DNA from: Pecten maximus
Taxonomy: Eukaryota
DNA length: 64,000 nucleotides
Reading direction: 5' to 3'
NCBI RefSeq assembly: GCF_902652985.1
Contig: NC_047022.1
Coordinates: 1,302,001-1,366,000 of the forward strand
Position 1 is the first letter of the stretch; each line of letters begins with the position of its first letter. Below the pieces are notes generated by a model that was given only the letters and a program-made list of their open reading frames with translations, did no database searches and was not told where the DNA came from. A program made the position numbers and the translations under genes. This document shows positions 13,400-27,927 of this stretch, in pieces.

Positions 13400-13912
13400 G
13401 TAGCATAACACCAAATTATCGTAGCATGTCTCAAAATTATCATAACATGTCTCCACATTATCATAACATGTCTCCAAATTATCATAACATGTCTCATAAT
13501 TATTCTTACATGTGTCGCAATTATTCTAACATGTCTCTTAATTAGTATAACATGTCTCGAAATTATCAGAACAGGTCTCCGAATTAGTATAAGATGTGTC
13601 CAAATTAACTTAACATGTCTCAAAATTATAATAACATATCTCCAAACTATCATAACAGGTCTCCAAATTAGTATACCATGTCTCCAAATTATCATTTTAT
13701 ATCTCCAACTTATTATAACATGTCTCCACATCATCATAACATGTCTCCACATTATCATAACATGTCTCCAAATTATTATAACATGTCTCCAAATCATTAT
13801 AACATGTCTCCAAATATCATAACATGTCTCCAAATTATCATAACATGTCTCCAAATTATAAATATGTCCCCAAATTATTATAACATGTCGCAAAATTATC
13901 ATAACATGTCTT
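13400..13912. repeat. 21-bp tandem repeat array (paired array ~43015-43525)
   Basis: Unit ACATGTCTCCAAATTATCATA. It explains the spurious repetitive ORFs here. Confidence 0.95.
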
Positions 13913-14959
13913 TATATTATCTGTTAGCCGGGATATAGACGTATATATGGAGAAAAATATTCAACGGCAAAGCCCCAAACCGCTCTTTTTAACTATTTTT
14001 CTCGATGGAAGGGGATTCAAAAATATTAAATTTGTTTGCTAAACTATTTAAAAGCTAAACTTATACCCGTGCATGTGGGGTTGATGAACTGCACACGAAG
14101 CTTCATCCTCAAATTATAGCTAGGCCTATAGGCCTACTATTGGTGATTAATTTTCATGTAAATTTGGAATTACCGCGGTATCAAATTCTAATGATTATAA
14201 TTTAGTATTTCAAATGAAAACCACAAAATATGTAGAACATAATATTTGAGTAGTTTTCCCGTTAATAACCATCGATTTTTACACAAAAATATCCTTCAAA
14301 TGTCGACGTTCAATGACGAAATGTTGTGAGAGATGTAGGCTAATGTTCTATTTAGAAAAGTTTAACCGTTTGACCTCTGACCCAAGATGGCGGCCACCAC
14401 TTTCACTTCTAATTTTTAATACTGTTAACAGTTACATATAACTTGCATCATTTTAAAGGGGATAAATCAACCCTTTTACTGCTGGTGTCCGAACAAAAAT
14501 CCATTCAGTAATAACGGAGATATGTTCTAATATATACAAAATATTATGAAAAATCTCTTCACGCCTGAGTGCATTCCGGGTTTTGTCCTCACCCCGGCGT
14601 TATATGCAAAACGTCTATAAAATGCCCGTACGCATGTATGCCAGTATACTTGTACACATGAACAGATGACGTCGTTCGAATGTGTATGTGTGAAAACTTT
14701 CGGTTTCAAAAGCTCACAATGTGTTAGTTTGTGTGACTGTTTTTATACTTACCAGGAAGTCCGCGTTCATCCGAGTCGACTGTGGCCTACTCATACTCCC
14801 TTTATACACATGGAAGGTTTATATCTCAAGCCTTATAAGCCAACATTGAAATGGTGTCAAAGCAAAATATATGTCACTAGAACAAAATATTGCACTATAG
14901 ATTTATGTTTAAAATCTTCACATATCTGCAACAGCTAAGCCAAGCCAATATAACAGAAA

Positions 14960-17041
14960 AACAAGAGGCCTAATGGGCCTGTATCGCTCACCTGGCTCTA
15001 CAGCAACTTTGAAGTTGATTGAGGTCATTTCTACAGATACTATGCTGATTATCATAGTAAGCTAGGTTTATTCATATCAATAAATTTTCTAGTCCTTCAT
15101 TCCAGCATTTTATTGGCCTAATATCTGGTCTAGGAGGCTCTTGGCTATCGCAAAATTATTGTTTACAGATTTAAGCTGGGACCTTAAATGTAGGTCAAGG
15201 GTCATTAATTTGAACAAACTTTGTAGCCCTTCACCCAAGCATGCTACAGGCCCAATATCAAGTCCCTGGGCCTTTTGGTTATTAAGAAGAAGTCATTTGA
15301 AGAATATAGCCTATTTGACCAATATGACCTTGAATGAAGGTCAACGTCATTTATTTGAACAAACTTTGTAGCCCTTCACCCAAGCATGCTACAGGTCCAA
15401 TATCAAGTCCCTGGGCCTCTTGGTTATTGAGAAGAAGTCGTTTGAAGATTATAGCCTATTTGACCCATGTGACCTTTAATGAAGGTCAAGGTCATTTATT
15501 TGAACAAACTTTGTAGCCCTTCACCCAAGCATGCTACAGACCCAATACCAAGTCCCTGGGTCTCTTGGTTATTGAGAAGAAGTTGTTTGAAGAATATAGC
15601 CTATTGGACCCATGTGACCTTGAATGAAGATCAAAGTCATTTATTTGAATAAAGTTTGTAGCCCTTTACGCTAGCATGCTACAGGCCCAATATCAAGTCC
15701 CTTGGCCTCTTGGTTATTGAGAAGAAGTTGTTTGAAGAGTATAGCCTATTTGACCCATGTGACCTTGAATGAAGGTTAACGTCATTTATTTGAACAAAAC
15801 TTTGTAGCCCTTCACCCCAGCATGCTACAGGTCCAATATCAAGTCCCTGGGCCTCTTGGTTATTGAGAAGTCGTTTGAAGATTATAGCCTATTTGACCCA
15901 TGTGACCTTTAATGAAGGTCAAGGTCATTTATTTGAACAAACTTTGTAGCCCTTCACCCAAGCATGCTACAGGACCAATATCAAGTACCTGGGCCTCTTG
16001 GTTATTGTGAAGAAGTCGTTTGAAGATTATAGCCTATTTGACCAATGTGACCTTGAATGAAGGTCGACGTCATTTATTTGAACAAACTTTGTAGCCCTTC
16101 ACCCCAGCATGCTACAGGCCCAATATCAAGTCCCTGGGCCTCTTGGTTATTGAGAAGAAGTCGTTTGAAGATTATAGCCTATTTGACCAATGTGACCTTG
16201 AATGAAGGTCAAGGTCATTTATTTGAACAAACTTTGTAGCCCCTCACCCCAGCATGCTACAGGCCCAATATCAAGTCCATGGGCCTCTTGGTTATTGAGA
16301 AGAAGTTGTTTGAAGATTATAGCCTATTCGACCCATGTGACCTTTAATGAAGGTCAAGGTTATTTATTTGAACAAACTTTGTAGCCCCTCACCCCAGCAT
16401 GCTACAGGTCCAATATCAAGTCCCTGGGCCTCTTGGTTATTGAGAAGAAGTCGTTTGAAGATTATAGCCTATTTGACACATGTGACCTTGAATGAAGGTC
16501 AAAATTACTTTTATTTGAACAAACTTTGTAGCCCTTCACCCAAGCATGCTACAGGCATAATATGAAGTTCCTAGGCCTCTTGGTTATTGAGAAGAAGTCG
16601 TTTGAAGATTATAACCTATTTGACCAGTGTGACCTTGAATGAAGGTCAAGGTCATTTATTTGAACAAACTTGGTACTCCTTCACCCCAGCATGCTACAGG
16701 CCCAATATCAAGTCCCTGGGCCTCTTGGTTATTGAGAAGAAGTCGTTTGAAGATTATAGCCTATTTGACCCATGTGACCTTGAATGAAGGTCAAGGTCAA
16801 TTATTTGAACAAACTTGGAAGCCCTTCACCCCAGTATGCTACAGGCCCAATATGAAGTTCCTGGGCCTCTTGGTTATTGAGAAGAAGTTGTTTAAATGAA
16901 AAAGTTGACGCCGGACGGCCGGACGGCCGGACGGACGGCCGGACAGACGGCCGGACAGACGGCCGGACGGCCGGACAGACGGACGGACGACGGACGCCGC
17001 ACCATGGCATAAGCTCACTTGCCCTTCGGGCAGGTGAGCTA
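14960..17041 (+). mobile_element. Helentron-associated (HINE/Pearl-like) element carrying ~12 copies of a 145-bp satellite; left arm only
   Basis: Starts AACAAGAGGCC...GCTCACCTG. 145-bp units span ~15190-16895, followed by a (GGAC)n/(GGCC) microsatellite and a terminal hairpin AGCTCACTTGCCC-TTC-GGGCAGGTGAGCT. The empty site is a T-run at ~41971-41977. Confidence 0.85.
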
Positions 17042-17494
17042 ACTAGTCCTCATAAGTCCATACGTATACAACCACCCGGAAGTATAATTGTAACTGTGCA
17101 CTGGGGTGCGTTCGAATGAAAAAGGTTTGTATTGTCATTACTGGCCGACAGATACATGTAGATACAGGACCTGTCAGCGTATATCCGCGACTGTACATGT
17201 CTATGTATATACAGGAAGTCCCCAACTATACTACGGCGCGTTGGAATTAAAACGCTGTTGTTGTTGTTGTTATGCTTGCAAATATACTGTAGGGCTCAAA
17301 CTGTCTATCGTCAAGGAAACTTTAATCATCAAGATTTTGATAAAGAAATGGTCACTTCAGTTTAAAACTAACCATAGATAATTGGTTATTATGAATGACT
17401 TGTGTAATCAAGGACAATAATTGTACAAATAATTAATGATAATATACTTGTTATAATATCAATCGTTGAATAATGTACACTACGAAAAACATAG

Positions 17495-17710
17495 CCAGTA
17501 CGGTCAGGGGTGTAAATAAAAGTTGTAGTATATCATTAATACAGGTACTGATGTTGACCGGTACAGTCAGGGATGTAAATCAAAGTTGTAGTATATCATT
17601 AATACAGGTACTGATGTTGACCGGTACAGTCAGGGATGTAAATAAAAGTTGTAGTATATCATTAATACAGGTACTGGTGTTGACTGGCACGGTCAGGGAT
17701 GTAAATCAAT
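17495..17710. repeat. 60-bp tandem repeat, ~3.5 copies (paired ~41300-41510)
   Basis: Unit GTCAGGGATGTAAATCAAAGTTGTAGTATATCATTAATACAGGTACTGATGTTGACCGGTACA-like. Confidence 0.9.
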
Positions 17711-17927
17711 ATTTGAATACGTCGTGTTTCTAAGAAGAGTGCAGCTGCTGATCAGTTTCCCGTGGTGCAAGTTATCAAAAAGTAACTTAAAGTTTGGTTA
17801 CCTCAATCTGTTGCCATGCGCTAGCCGTTCCCCTTTTAATGCACCATAATGTAGAAAAAGGTGTCGTATTGTTTCTCCTTTAAAAGTGCAAGGGAAATAA
17901 TAGATGATAAATAATAATAATAAAATG

Positions 17928-18378
17928 TATTTATTAAATTTTTACCAGTGAAATATCAAAAATTATTCATTTTATAAAAGTGATATTTTTCACTAGTGAC
18001 AAATATCATATTTTTCACTAGTGAAAAATATCACTTTTGCTGATTTGACCAATCAAATCAATGATTAGAAAATACCAAAATAATTTACCAATCCGAAAGC
18101 CCGACATATATGTCAGCACCTGGACAGGGGAAACTACTTTTTTGTTTACAAATTATCGCTGTAGACCTAGTTAGCATACGGGGTAGGGTTTTCGTTGATA
18201 AAAAATGTAATAAACAGAATATCTAACAGTGTCTTCAGTAATACCAAATATATTTCACTCGTGTGGCTAATATATTGATATTTTTCACTCGTGCTGCGCA
18301 CTCGTGAAAAATATCAAAATATTAGCCCCACTCGTGAAATATATTTGGTATTACTGAAGACACTGTTAGATATCCTCT
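17928..18378. mobile_element. About 450-bp non-autonomous element with a long terminal palindrome; left arm only
   Basis: Palindrome ~18219-18373 (ATATCTAACAGTGTCTTCAGTAATACC...GGTATTACTGAAGACACTGTTAGATAT). Absent at the paired site (~41015-41020). Confidence 0.75.
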
Positions 18379-19255
18379 ATATCTTTTTTTCTGTATCTAG
18401 TAATACTCATAAAGCATATATATCTCTATGTGTATGAGGGAAACATTTCCTCTGGACTAAATCATCTCTTTTCATGCTCTATAGCTAACGTCCATAATGC
18501 ACCAACTACATGTGCAAGAAAAGCAAGTATTTTCTCCAAGTAGTATATGATTTTTCAAAATCCCCCGCCGAATATCCAGATGACACTTTAAGAAATATTT
18601 TTGCTTGCCAAATAAAATCATTTGTTATGCGAAGTACTAAATTATGACAAATAGCTTCAATGTCAATAACACACAAATCACAAAGAATGCAGCTATCAAA
18701 CTGTAATCACATCTTCACATAGTGGTGTACCACACTTCAAAACGTATATCTAGCCTTCAGGGCACATTAAATTTGTTCCCGAATCCCTTGACTATTGCTC
18801 TCTATCATTGATTACTTTTCATAATTCTAATCACGAAGCAAATTAATCGTAGCCATTGACACTATGGCTGTCCTGCTGTAAAGATAACATATATATTAGT
18901 TACTCGATATGTTAAATGTTAAGAGTAAACTAATGACTCGAAATTCGAGTGGTAATTTAATTGAGTTATCTCTCAATTCTAAACTGTCTTATTTGCCAGT
19001 GCAAGATTGTTTTACCTGTCAGGACACCTGGCTTGCTAACCTTTAATGTATGTCAGATAAGGTTAAGTCATCTTTACCTCTCCAGATTAAGGGGAGACAA
19101 CTTATTTCACGCCTATTTGTGTATGAGAATTGTTTATGTCATTTGTTATGTAAAAGTATTGCAATATATTATAGTAAATCCGGAAATTTGTACCCGGATT
19201 CCGTATCTGTTATTTAGTATGTACTCGACCGGAAGTGTAATAAAGTTGGGAAGCG

Positions 19256-21317
19256 GACAAGTCTGTGAAACCCGTAGCACACACACCAATACCAGTACCA
19301 GCGCCCATCCGTAGTCAGCTGAAGAATGAGTTAGATCACTTAGTGAAGTATGGAATCATAAAATCTGTGAACAAACCGACGAAGTGGGTCAACAGTGTTT
19401 GTCAGGAAGAAAAATGGCCGTGTAACAATATGTATCAATCCGTCAGATTTGGACAAGGCGATACTCCGAGAACACTTTCTCATGAACAGTATAGATGATA
19501 TTCTGACAAGGCTTGACGGAAGCAAATATTTTTCAACATTAGACGCGAATATGCGTTACTACCAAATCTAACAACATTTAACACTCCGTTTGGACGATAC
19601 AGATACCTGCGTATGCCAATGGGAACAAAGTGTTCCAGTGAAGTGTTCCAACGTGAAATGCTAAATCATTACGTTGATTTAGAAGGCACAGAAATCGTAG
19701 TTGATGACATCATGGTTCACGGAAAAACGTCGAAGGAACATAACGCAAGACTGAAGGCGGTTCTTGAGAAAGCTCGTCAGATAAACCTGAAACTGAACAA
19801 GTCAAAATGTGTTAATGCCTGAAGTAAACTACGTGGGTCATACTTTGACAGGCGACGGAGTGAAACCTACAGAACAGAGAGTCAAAGCCATAGTGAACAT
19901 GAAAGAACCCAGTAACCACGGCGAGCTTGAAACTGTACTAGGCATGCTAGCATATGTGACAAAAGTCACGCCAAACCTTAGTGAGTTTAACGCTCCTTTC
20001 CGAGAGATTAAAAATACAAAGAATGGACATGGAGTGAATCAGTGAGGAAAGCTTTTCAAAATGTCAAGGACGCGCTAACCTCTACACCAGTCCTGGGGTA
20101 CTTTGGGGTACATAAGCCTGTACGTGTGACAGTTGACGCGTCGATGAAAGGTACGGGTGCGGCATTAATTGAGGATGGAGGCATTACAGCTTATGCGTCA
20201 CGGACACTGTCAGAAACGGAACAAAGATACGCCCAGATTGAGAAGGAAATGTTGGGTGTAGTATTTGGATGTGAACGCTTTCACAAGATGTTATATGGGA
20301 AATATGACGTAACTATAGAAACATATCACAAACCCATGGAACGAATTGTACAGAAGCCCATTCATACAGCTCCCATGAGGATCCAGATAATACTCTTAAA
20401 AATACAGCCATACGAATTCAAACTTGTCAATGTGACAGGAAAGGAAATAGGGCTAGCTGATTGTCTGAGCAGATGAAACTGGTGACAATGAGATGATGAT
20501 AATTACCGTAGACACGCTCTCACACATAAATCACAGAAGCATTCAGGAAGCAACGAGAGACGATGCCGAGTTACAGGAAGTGAAACCAGGTCACCAGCAA
20601 GCAAACGGTCTTGCTGAGAAAGCTTTTCAAAGTGTTAAGAATTTGATCAAGAAATCAGGAGATGACATATTTATGGCATTACTAGATCTAAGGAACACGC
20701 CTAGAGATGACATTGGATCTCCCATGCTTATGGGGCGTCGTGGGGAAACACGGTTGCCAATAACTGAAACACTTAGGAGACCAGAGCAGGGTAACATCAA
20801 GGCAAACGTAACATCAGAACTCATGGAGTACCGAAAAAAGTTAGAAACACTATTATAATAGAGGAACTAAGCCACGAGAGGATTTTGAGCGAGGTAATGC
20901 CCTTCGGGTAGATTCAGATAAAAGATGGGAACCAGCTGAACTAATAAACAAGACAGTATCCGCGGTCATACATTATAAAAGCAGGCGTTAAGGCACGCGA
21001 GTACCGTCGAAACAGTGATTTGTTGATGAAGACCAGGGACACACCATATCTCATCAAACCAGTCGAAAGGTCCAATCATGTGCCAACGATTCCTATCCAA
21101 AGACCGTCCAAGCTGTCCGTCCAGTGTGCGAAGACACGATAAACATGCAGATCAGTCAACGTCAGGTCTTGTCGCACGGTCCAGTGTTGTCGAACCTGAA
21201 ACCACAGGGGGTAAACCTGCAATCGCTCCAACAGTACCTCGAGATCTTGTATCGACCACGAAGTCAAAGTCTGGAACAACTGTACACAGACCAGGACATT
21301 TGAAAGATTTTGTGTAA
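19256..21317 (+). mobile_element. Decayed Ty3/Gypsy pol (RT, RNase H, integrase remnant), copy 1
   Basis: KYFSTLDA, MPMGTKCSSEVFQ, IVVDDIMVHG, VTVDAS, RYAQIEKEML, ANGLAEKA. Many frameshifts. About 575 bp of integrase deleted near 20586 relative to copy 2. Confidence 0.92.
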
Positions 21318-22623
21318 CTCTATTCGTGAACTGTATTTCTTGAGTACAGGGCACAATAATCCCTATATGTATCCAATGACCACATAGGTCTTCAATATGG
21401 GTGTAAATCACTCATAAGTTTAAAATGTTTGTTATGTTTAAATTTAAAAAAAACCCAAAAAACAACAACTGTATGTTCTTTGGTTATAACAAATAAAAAC
21501 AATGCTATTAGTGTTAAAATACTTTAATTATTCTAGTCATATATATATATTCTTATATGTTATTGGTAATGATCAATCATATATGATATGAATGTTACAT
21601 GTTCAATTGGACAATAGTCATCTACATTCTCAGTGTAAACTCAGAAGTCAAGATTATTCGGTTATAAAACAAAAATTATATTGATATTGGTTTAAATTGT
21701 TGACAATATAGTACTCTAGCAGAGTGTGCTGCAAAAAATCGACCCCCCATATGTGACCTGACTTGATGAGATATGATCAAATCTGACCTAACTAACGTAA
21801 GCACCCTTTCTACAACTATCCAAATGCCTTTGTACAAAATTGGCGGGAACTCTATGTCATTTTCTTGAAGAGATGTTTGTAGTTTAATACAGTTAACCAT
21901 TATTGTATTATGACAGCTTGTTTTACAGTATTTTATTTTTCACAAACACTATATCCATTTTTATTTTACCGTCGATTATTATAAAAGTTGAGAATAGTTA
22001 AAATATTTGTAAGTTTAAACGCTGGTATGATTACTCTAACCCATGAATTACCAAATTAAATACCTGACTTATCAAACATTATCTAAATGTTTTCAAAAGT
22101 TGTAAACGAGAGCATCAGAAAATGAATGACTTTTCACCCCTCGGCAAAGTTACTGTGAAGGATAAAAAAAGATAGAAACTTGTTTTACAAATGAATCAAA
22201 ATGACATATGTACTACTAGTCATATAATTACCACCGGTATTCCCATCAACGGTCATGACAAGTTTTACAGTTTCTCCGGTGCTGCCGATGTTGGATGATA
22301 AAACATCGTATATACAGAGAATACACCCGTGTAATTTTATATTTCACTTAGTTTATCAATACACAAACAGCTCAAACAAAATCCCTTCATATACACACAT
22401 TAATAAATTGTCATGTGTTTTTCATTATCTCGGGTTAACACTTCACACAGTTGTGTCGCGTGACTCCACTTGTAATTGAGGATATCTTGTTACACACTCG
22501 GTTGTACGATAAGGCACTTAATGCTCCCTCCAAATTTACATATCAGTCAAAACATGAAAGGGGCCCAAAACGGGGTAATTTATTTATACGGACATATTAA
22601 AAATCTTCTAGAGTTTCTGTTCT

Positions 22624-25600
22624 TTGGATGTGTTCGTATTATTCTCCAGAATGAAACATTTTCCCGAATTAAAAGACATCGTCGATATCTTTGATAATAG
22701 CGAGGAATTGGAAGAATTTGCCGAGTTCACTGGAATCTTAGACGATGATCACTACGTGAAACAAAAGCTCCTGGAATTGAAATGGAACGACATTGAAATT
22801 GAATTGGATATACCATCACTACCAAAACGTCAAAGAATTGACCAGTATGGCGGTCAGCAACCATCAAGGCCTTAACAATTAGAAAAAGTCAGAGAAAAAC
22901 AGTTCAAAACAAAGACGGCTGTTGACATCAAATATCAGGTTCATTTAGACAAGGATTTATGGAACAATAAAAAAACTAAAAGATATACGCGACGACATCC
23001 ATGACATGTTTAAACATGTATTAGATGAAGCTAAAGATGGAGCAGCAGACCACGATGTGGGGCGTGTCCTCATCCATCATCCGAGTTTGGACAATGCTAT
23101 CGTTGTTTCATTACATCCACTGGAACAGCTTGATGCCGATCTCATCATGGAACATGTCGAAAGGGTCCTGCAGAGTCACGAGGAGCTCGCCGTCACGGAA
23201 GTACTCGATATTGACATTGGCATTATTAACGTACCCAAAGGGAGTGGTAGGAGACGGATTACGGACATATCCGGCGGAGATGATTCCATCAAAAAGAAGA
23301 CGTCTCTTGTTCAAACCGTCAACGAGGACAGCATGTTTATGGCTCGATCCATAGCCGTGTGTTGGGCACGCGCAAATAAGATTTTCTAATGAAGAATGGA
23401 AAGAATTGACCCGAAACGAACCACAGAGCCCTATGATAGAACAGAAACTCCGCCATAGGAAAGTTCCCGACCGGTACTATAGACGGATCATACACCGTAG
23501 CATGCGAGAGCAGGAATATATGGCGGCCGCCATTTCCGATATGGCCGACGTTCCTACCGATCGACCGGTCAGTTTAAACGACATTTCAGCATTTGAAGAA
23601 GTGCCAGGATTCAACATTGTAGTGGTCTGTGCCCGATTGGGGAACAACGCCGACAGGAAGAATTTATATTTATACTTGGTGGAAGGCGGATAGATACAAC
23701 ATTTCCATGCCATCGTAAGCATCAATGGATTTTTATTTCGATCCTTTTTCTGCGAGACGCGTTTAAAACCTTACAGTCACAGGGAACGTCATTCATGTAC
23801 AACGACATGTATCGTGTGTAAGACAAATAAATGCACGGAAACGGAAATACAGATGTCATGTATCAAATGTCACATGACCTGTCGATCTTTGGAATGTTTT
23901 CAGCGTCATTTCGATAAACCGAAATATGTGACGGGACCTAATAAAGGGAAATAAAATACTGGACTGTACTTTGCGTGCTCCGGAACAAAACAATGTGGAG
24001 AGTACCTATGCACATCCTGTCAGCGATACGTATTAGAGGGTCATCTCTTTTACCTTCGTGCCAACCCTGCCAACGACATGCACATACCCAAGTTCGTCTT
24101 TTTCGACTTTGAATGTACACAAGATACGCGATTACAATGCGACGAGGGTTATCTCCCCGGAACATCATGTCAAAATGTAACGAGGGGTCGTGTAAGGATT
24201 GTACCCGCTGTCAACATTGCTCGTTTATCTGGTGTGGAAAATCGGAACACCATCCAAATTTTGTCGAGGCACAGACAGCCTGCTTTAAATGTATGGATGG
24301 TCCCGTCCACCATCGATGTAAGACATGTGGAACCCGGTGTAAAAAGTGTGAAGGATCAAAAACACCATGCAAGGGTACTTATGGTTTAAGGGAGGTCGTA
24401 TTCCAGGGAAATGACACCAGCTTACAATTTGGGAAATGGTTGTTTTCTACCCAACATCAATATTTCACCGCCATTGCCCACAACATGAAAGGATGCGACG
24501 TTTAGTTCCTGCTAGAATATTTGATCGATCAATCTATTCGGCTAGACAACATCATTTACAATGGGCCCAAGATCATGTGTATGCATGTAGGGAAAGGACT
24601 GGACATTGAAGTGGTGGACAGTTTGAACTTTCTACCAATGAAATTGGCGGCGTTACCAAAATCGTGCGGTCTAAAGGAGTTAAAGAAATATTGGTTTCCA
24701 CATCTTTTCAACCTTCAGCAAAACCAAACCTACATAGGACCTTATCCAGCGCCACATTTTTATGACTGTGACCGTATGAATACCGGCGATAGAAAAACGT
24801 TCATGGAATGGCACGACACCACGGAGGGAGAACTATTTGACTTCCGAGAAGAGATGCTGTCCTACTGTCGCAGTGATGTTGACATACTTAGACGCGCATG
24901 TCTCAAATTTAGAGATCTACTGATGAACGCCACTGTCCATTGGGACAGATGGGGTTGAACTATGTATGCATCTTGGAACACGAATTCAAACATCTCCGGA
25001 TAAAGAACGAGACATGTTAACATTTTGTGGACTCACTGTACATCGTGGAACGCCTGAATCCTCGGGATAGCTATTTTGGAGGGAGAACCAACGCTTGCAA
25101 ACTTCATTATAAGGTCAAGGACGGGAAACAGATATGTTGACTTTACGTCTCTCTATCCGTGGGTCAACAAATATTGTCGCTACACCGTTGGACACCCAGA
25201 CATCATCACATCGAATTTTGGAGACATTCGGGATTATTTCGGTATAGAAAAGGTCAAAGTGTTACCACCTCGTGGATTATGCCTTCCGGTATTACCGTAC
25301 CGCTCCAATGGTAAACTCAAGTTTCCCCTATGCAGAACCTGTACAGACAACGAGAACAAAACACCATGTATCTGTACGGATGACACAAGGTCCATGGTTG
25401 GCACGTGGTGCACACCCGAAATACAACTTGCCATCGATCGAGGGTACAAGATCATTAAGACATACGAAATATATCACTGGAAGGATACGCCACAATACGA
25501 TCCATCTACCAGAAAAGGCGTCATATTCGCAACCAACATCAACACCTTCCTTAAATTCAAACAAGAAGTTAGTGGCTGGCCGGATTGGATTAAAACAGAA

Positions 25601-25747
25601 CAAGACAGAAAAAAGTATGTAGAGCAATACTTTGTCAACACAGGAGTGACACTCGATTGGCGAACCATCGGTAAGAATCCAGATCTGAGAGTTTTAGCAA
25701 AATTATGTTCAAACAGTTTTGGGGGGAAATTTGGGTTAAAAATTTAG
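22624..25747 (+). mobile_element. Decayed Polinton/Maverick-type protein-primed DNA polymerase B pseudogene, 3'-truncated
   Basis: ExoI FVFFDFEC, ExoII AHNMKGCD, DSLNFLPMKLAALPK, WFPHLFN, ExoIII YCRSDVDILR, GGRTN, motif A YVDFTSLYP, motif B-like AKLCSNSFGGKFG. Cys-rich N-terminal region and a QYGG motif. Multiple stops and frameshifts; no motif C. Confidence 0.9.
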
Positions 25748-27927
25748 GTTAAAATAGGTCACGCCGATATGAGTTCAAATGTAGGACAAGTTATAGTTAA
25801 AGCGACACATATACTACTGTTCGTCCTGTCATTCTTTTCTTTCTTTATAATCATTATAAGTATACTGTGTCTTATCACGATCATTGTAATATACATAATG
25901 TATACATATGTGGAGACGGCTTTTATTAGTTGTTGAAAACGTGTGCCCGATCCATTTGTGTCTTAACAATTAAATACGTTGGAATCAAGACAGTTTACTT
26001 AATACATAAGATATCTCATAAATGTGTATGATATTATAAAGAAAAAAATTCTGCTCTGTGTCCCATGGCATGGACAAAATTATTACTCTCCTTTTTTAAA
26101 TAATGTATAGATACCTTAAGCTGCGAGCTTTGTTTGCTTTATATACAGATAACAATGACACAGAATCATGGCAAAAATATATGGGCTAACCTCTGTGGGT
26201 GGCCTTCAGTATTATTTTATTCAAACGAATATAAAAACAAATAAATACACATATAAAATACAAAGGTGAAAGGCAACATTTTGCCAAAATTACCGGTATG
26301 TTTGCCACCCGATCAGTTAATTAGATATATTTTAATGAATGAGATTTGATTTTGTGATATCAAACCCTCCTTCACAACACTTCTAAGTCAATGAAGTATA
26401 CAAGACAGAACCCGATTAAAATGAAAGATAATCAGAACGGAATAAATGTAACCTTTCCAGATGCTTAATATATATTGATTTGCTTCATTTTTTTTAACTT
26501 TTTATATCCGCAATGATGGTCGGCCAGATACCCTAATATGGTTATAATGATTATGACAAAAGCTGCTATTTTTTCGTAATTTACGTTATGTTCATACCTT
26601 ACTATGCTACAACGTCTTTTAAGCTAATGTTTTATTGAACAACTCTTATTCGTATCAAAAACATTTAAAGCTAAGATGAAGCTAGTATATAATGTTGAAA
26701 GGAACAGCGGTGGTTTTGTCATTCGTCTTTTAAATAACACTCAACGTGTAACAGAAACTTGTATAGACGTTACAGTACATGTTGTATCGAATGCACCCTG
26801 GTACAGTTGGGTCCTTCCGGTACAGCCTGACACCTGTACAGGCGGAAGAGCAGGCTGACAGACCCTACACGATAGATAACCTAAACACCATTGGTGTGTG
26901 TAAAAGGCTGTAACTGAAACAAAAACGTGTTGTTACCAATCTTACATACAGACATGTAGTTCTTATACGCTAAATCTTTATCAAACCGATATGTTATTTG
27001 TTTCATTTTAGTTGTTTTTCACTTTGAAGTAAGTTGCATTTCCATATTGTTATTGTACTCACTTTCCAAGATATTTGTCTTTAGCATAAATCCAAACTTA
27101 AATCAAGGGACCAGACTATCTTTGTGATTTTATACAAGTCCTGTCCTTTAAACTTGGGTACTGGTGAGCTTAATCATGTGTTAAAATTAGTTTGCTTGTC
27201 TTGATATTCAATGTTTCGCATTGTTTGTTATATACTTCCTTTATGTATCAGTGTAATAGCTCATTGTAGCTGATAGTATCTTGATTGAGTTGATTGGAGT
27301 TGCTTCAAACTATTTCAGAAAATCTTTCTTGTCCTTAATTCTATGTATGATGTTACCTGAATGTAAATGGTAATCAGACTAATTAAATCTTTCAATATCT
27401 ATTATGTCAGCAACAACAAGACAAGCGATGCAACACGCACATGCATTCATGATGGACAATATGGAGAAAGTTTTTTTCAAGCAAATTTGAACTGTTTCAT
27501 CAACAACTTTCAGAATCTCAAAACATCCTTTAGGAAGTTCAGTTGGCTAAATTGGATAACATGATTTAAGATGCGTAAAAGTTCAACAGGAAAGGGAATG
27601 AATGAGGAATAATTCAAAATTAACAGTAAAATCAGACAAATTTTGAAAGAGGCAGAGGCGGCACTCAGAGAAGACGCACCAAGAGACGCCACGGACAAAA
27701 TTCCAAAAGGTGTCGATTTAATAGACTACAGATAAAAACGGAGTATGGACAGAAAGAGCCCACAGATGATTCGGAAGATGAAAAACTTATGTACAAAGCT
27801 GAAAATAGAGCGCCAAGGAAAATAAAACAGAGTTCGGGTCAGAAGAGGACCAGGAATATTGCCAGGCGAACGCACCCATATGCACCGGTACCGAAAGCAG
27901 AAAGAGTCACAATGACTGGGAGATAAT

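Larger units (their letters stand above)
4253..21554. repeat. Left arm of a large inverted duplication (partner 37113-52390)
   Basis: Colinear reverse-complement identity throughout, with paired ORFs in the track (10577/45820, 9941/46422, 12929/43560, 19613/39436). The outer end lies in a (TA)n run. Confidence 0.95.

Noticed and set aside
13292-13938. Repetitive ORFs here, at 43023-43634 and at 56162-56907
   Set aside because: They are products of 21-bp and 20/25-bp tandem repeats.
15190-16895. CRISPR-like regular array
   Set aside because: The units are wholly repeated with no unique spacers, there are no cas genes, and the context is eukaryotic.
18878-19259. Possible LTR (TGT...AATAAA...ACA) upstream of the Gypsy pol
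   Set aside because: No matching second LTR, PBS or TSD found.
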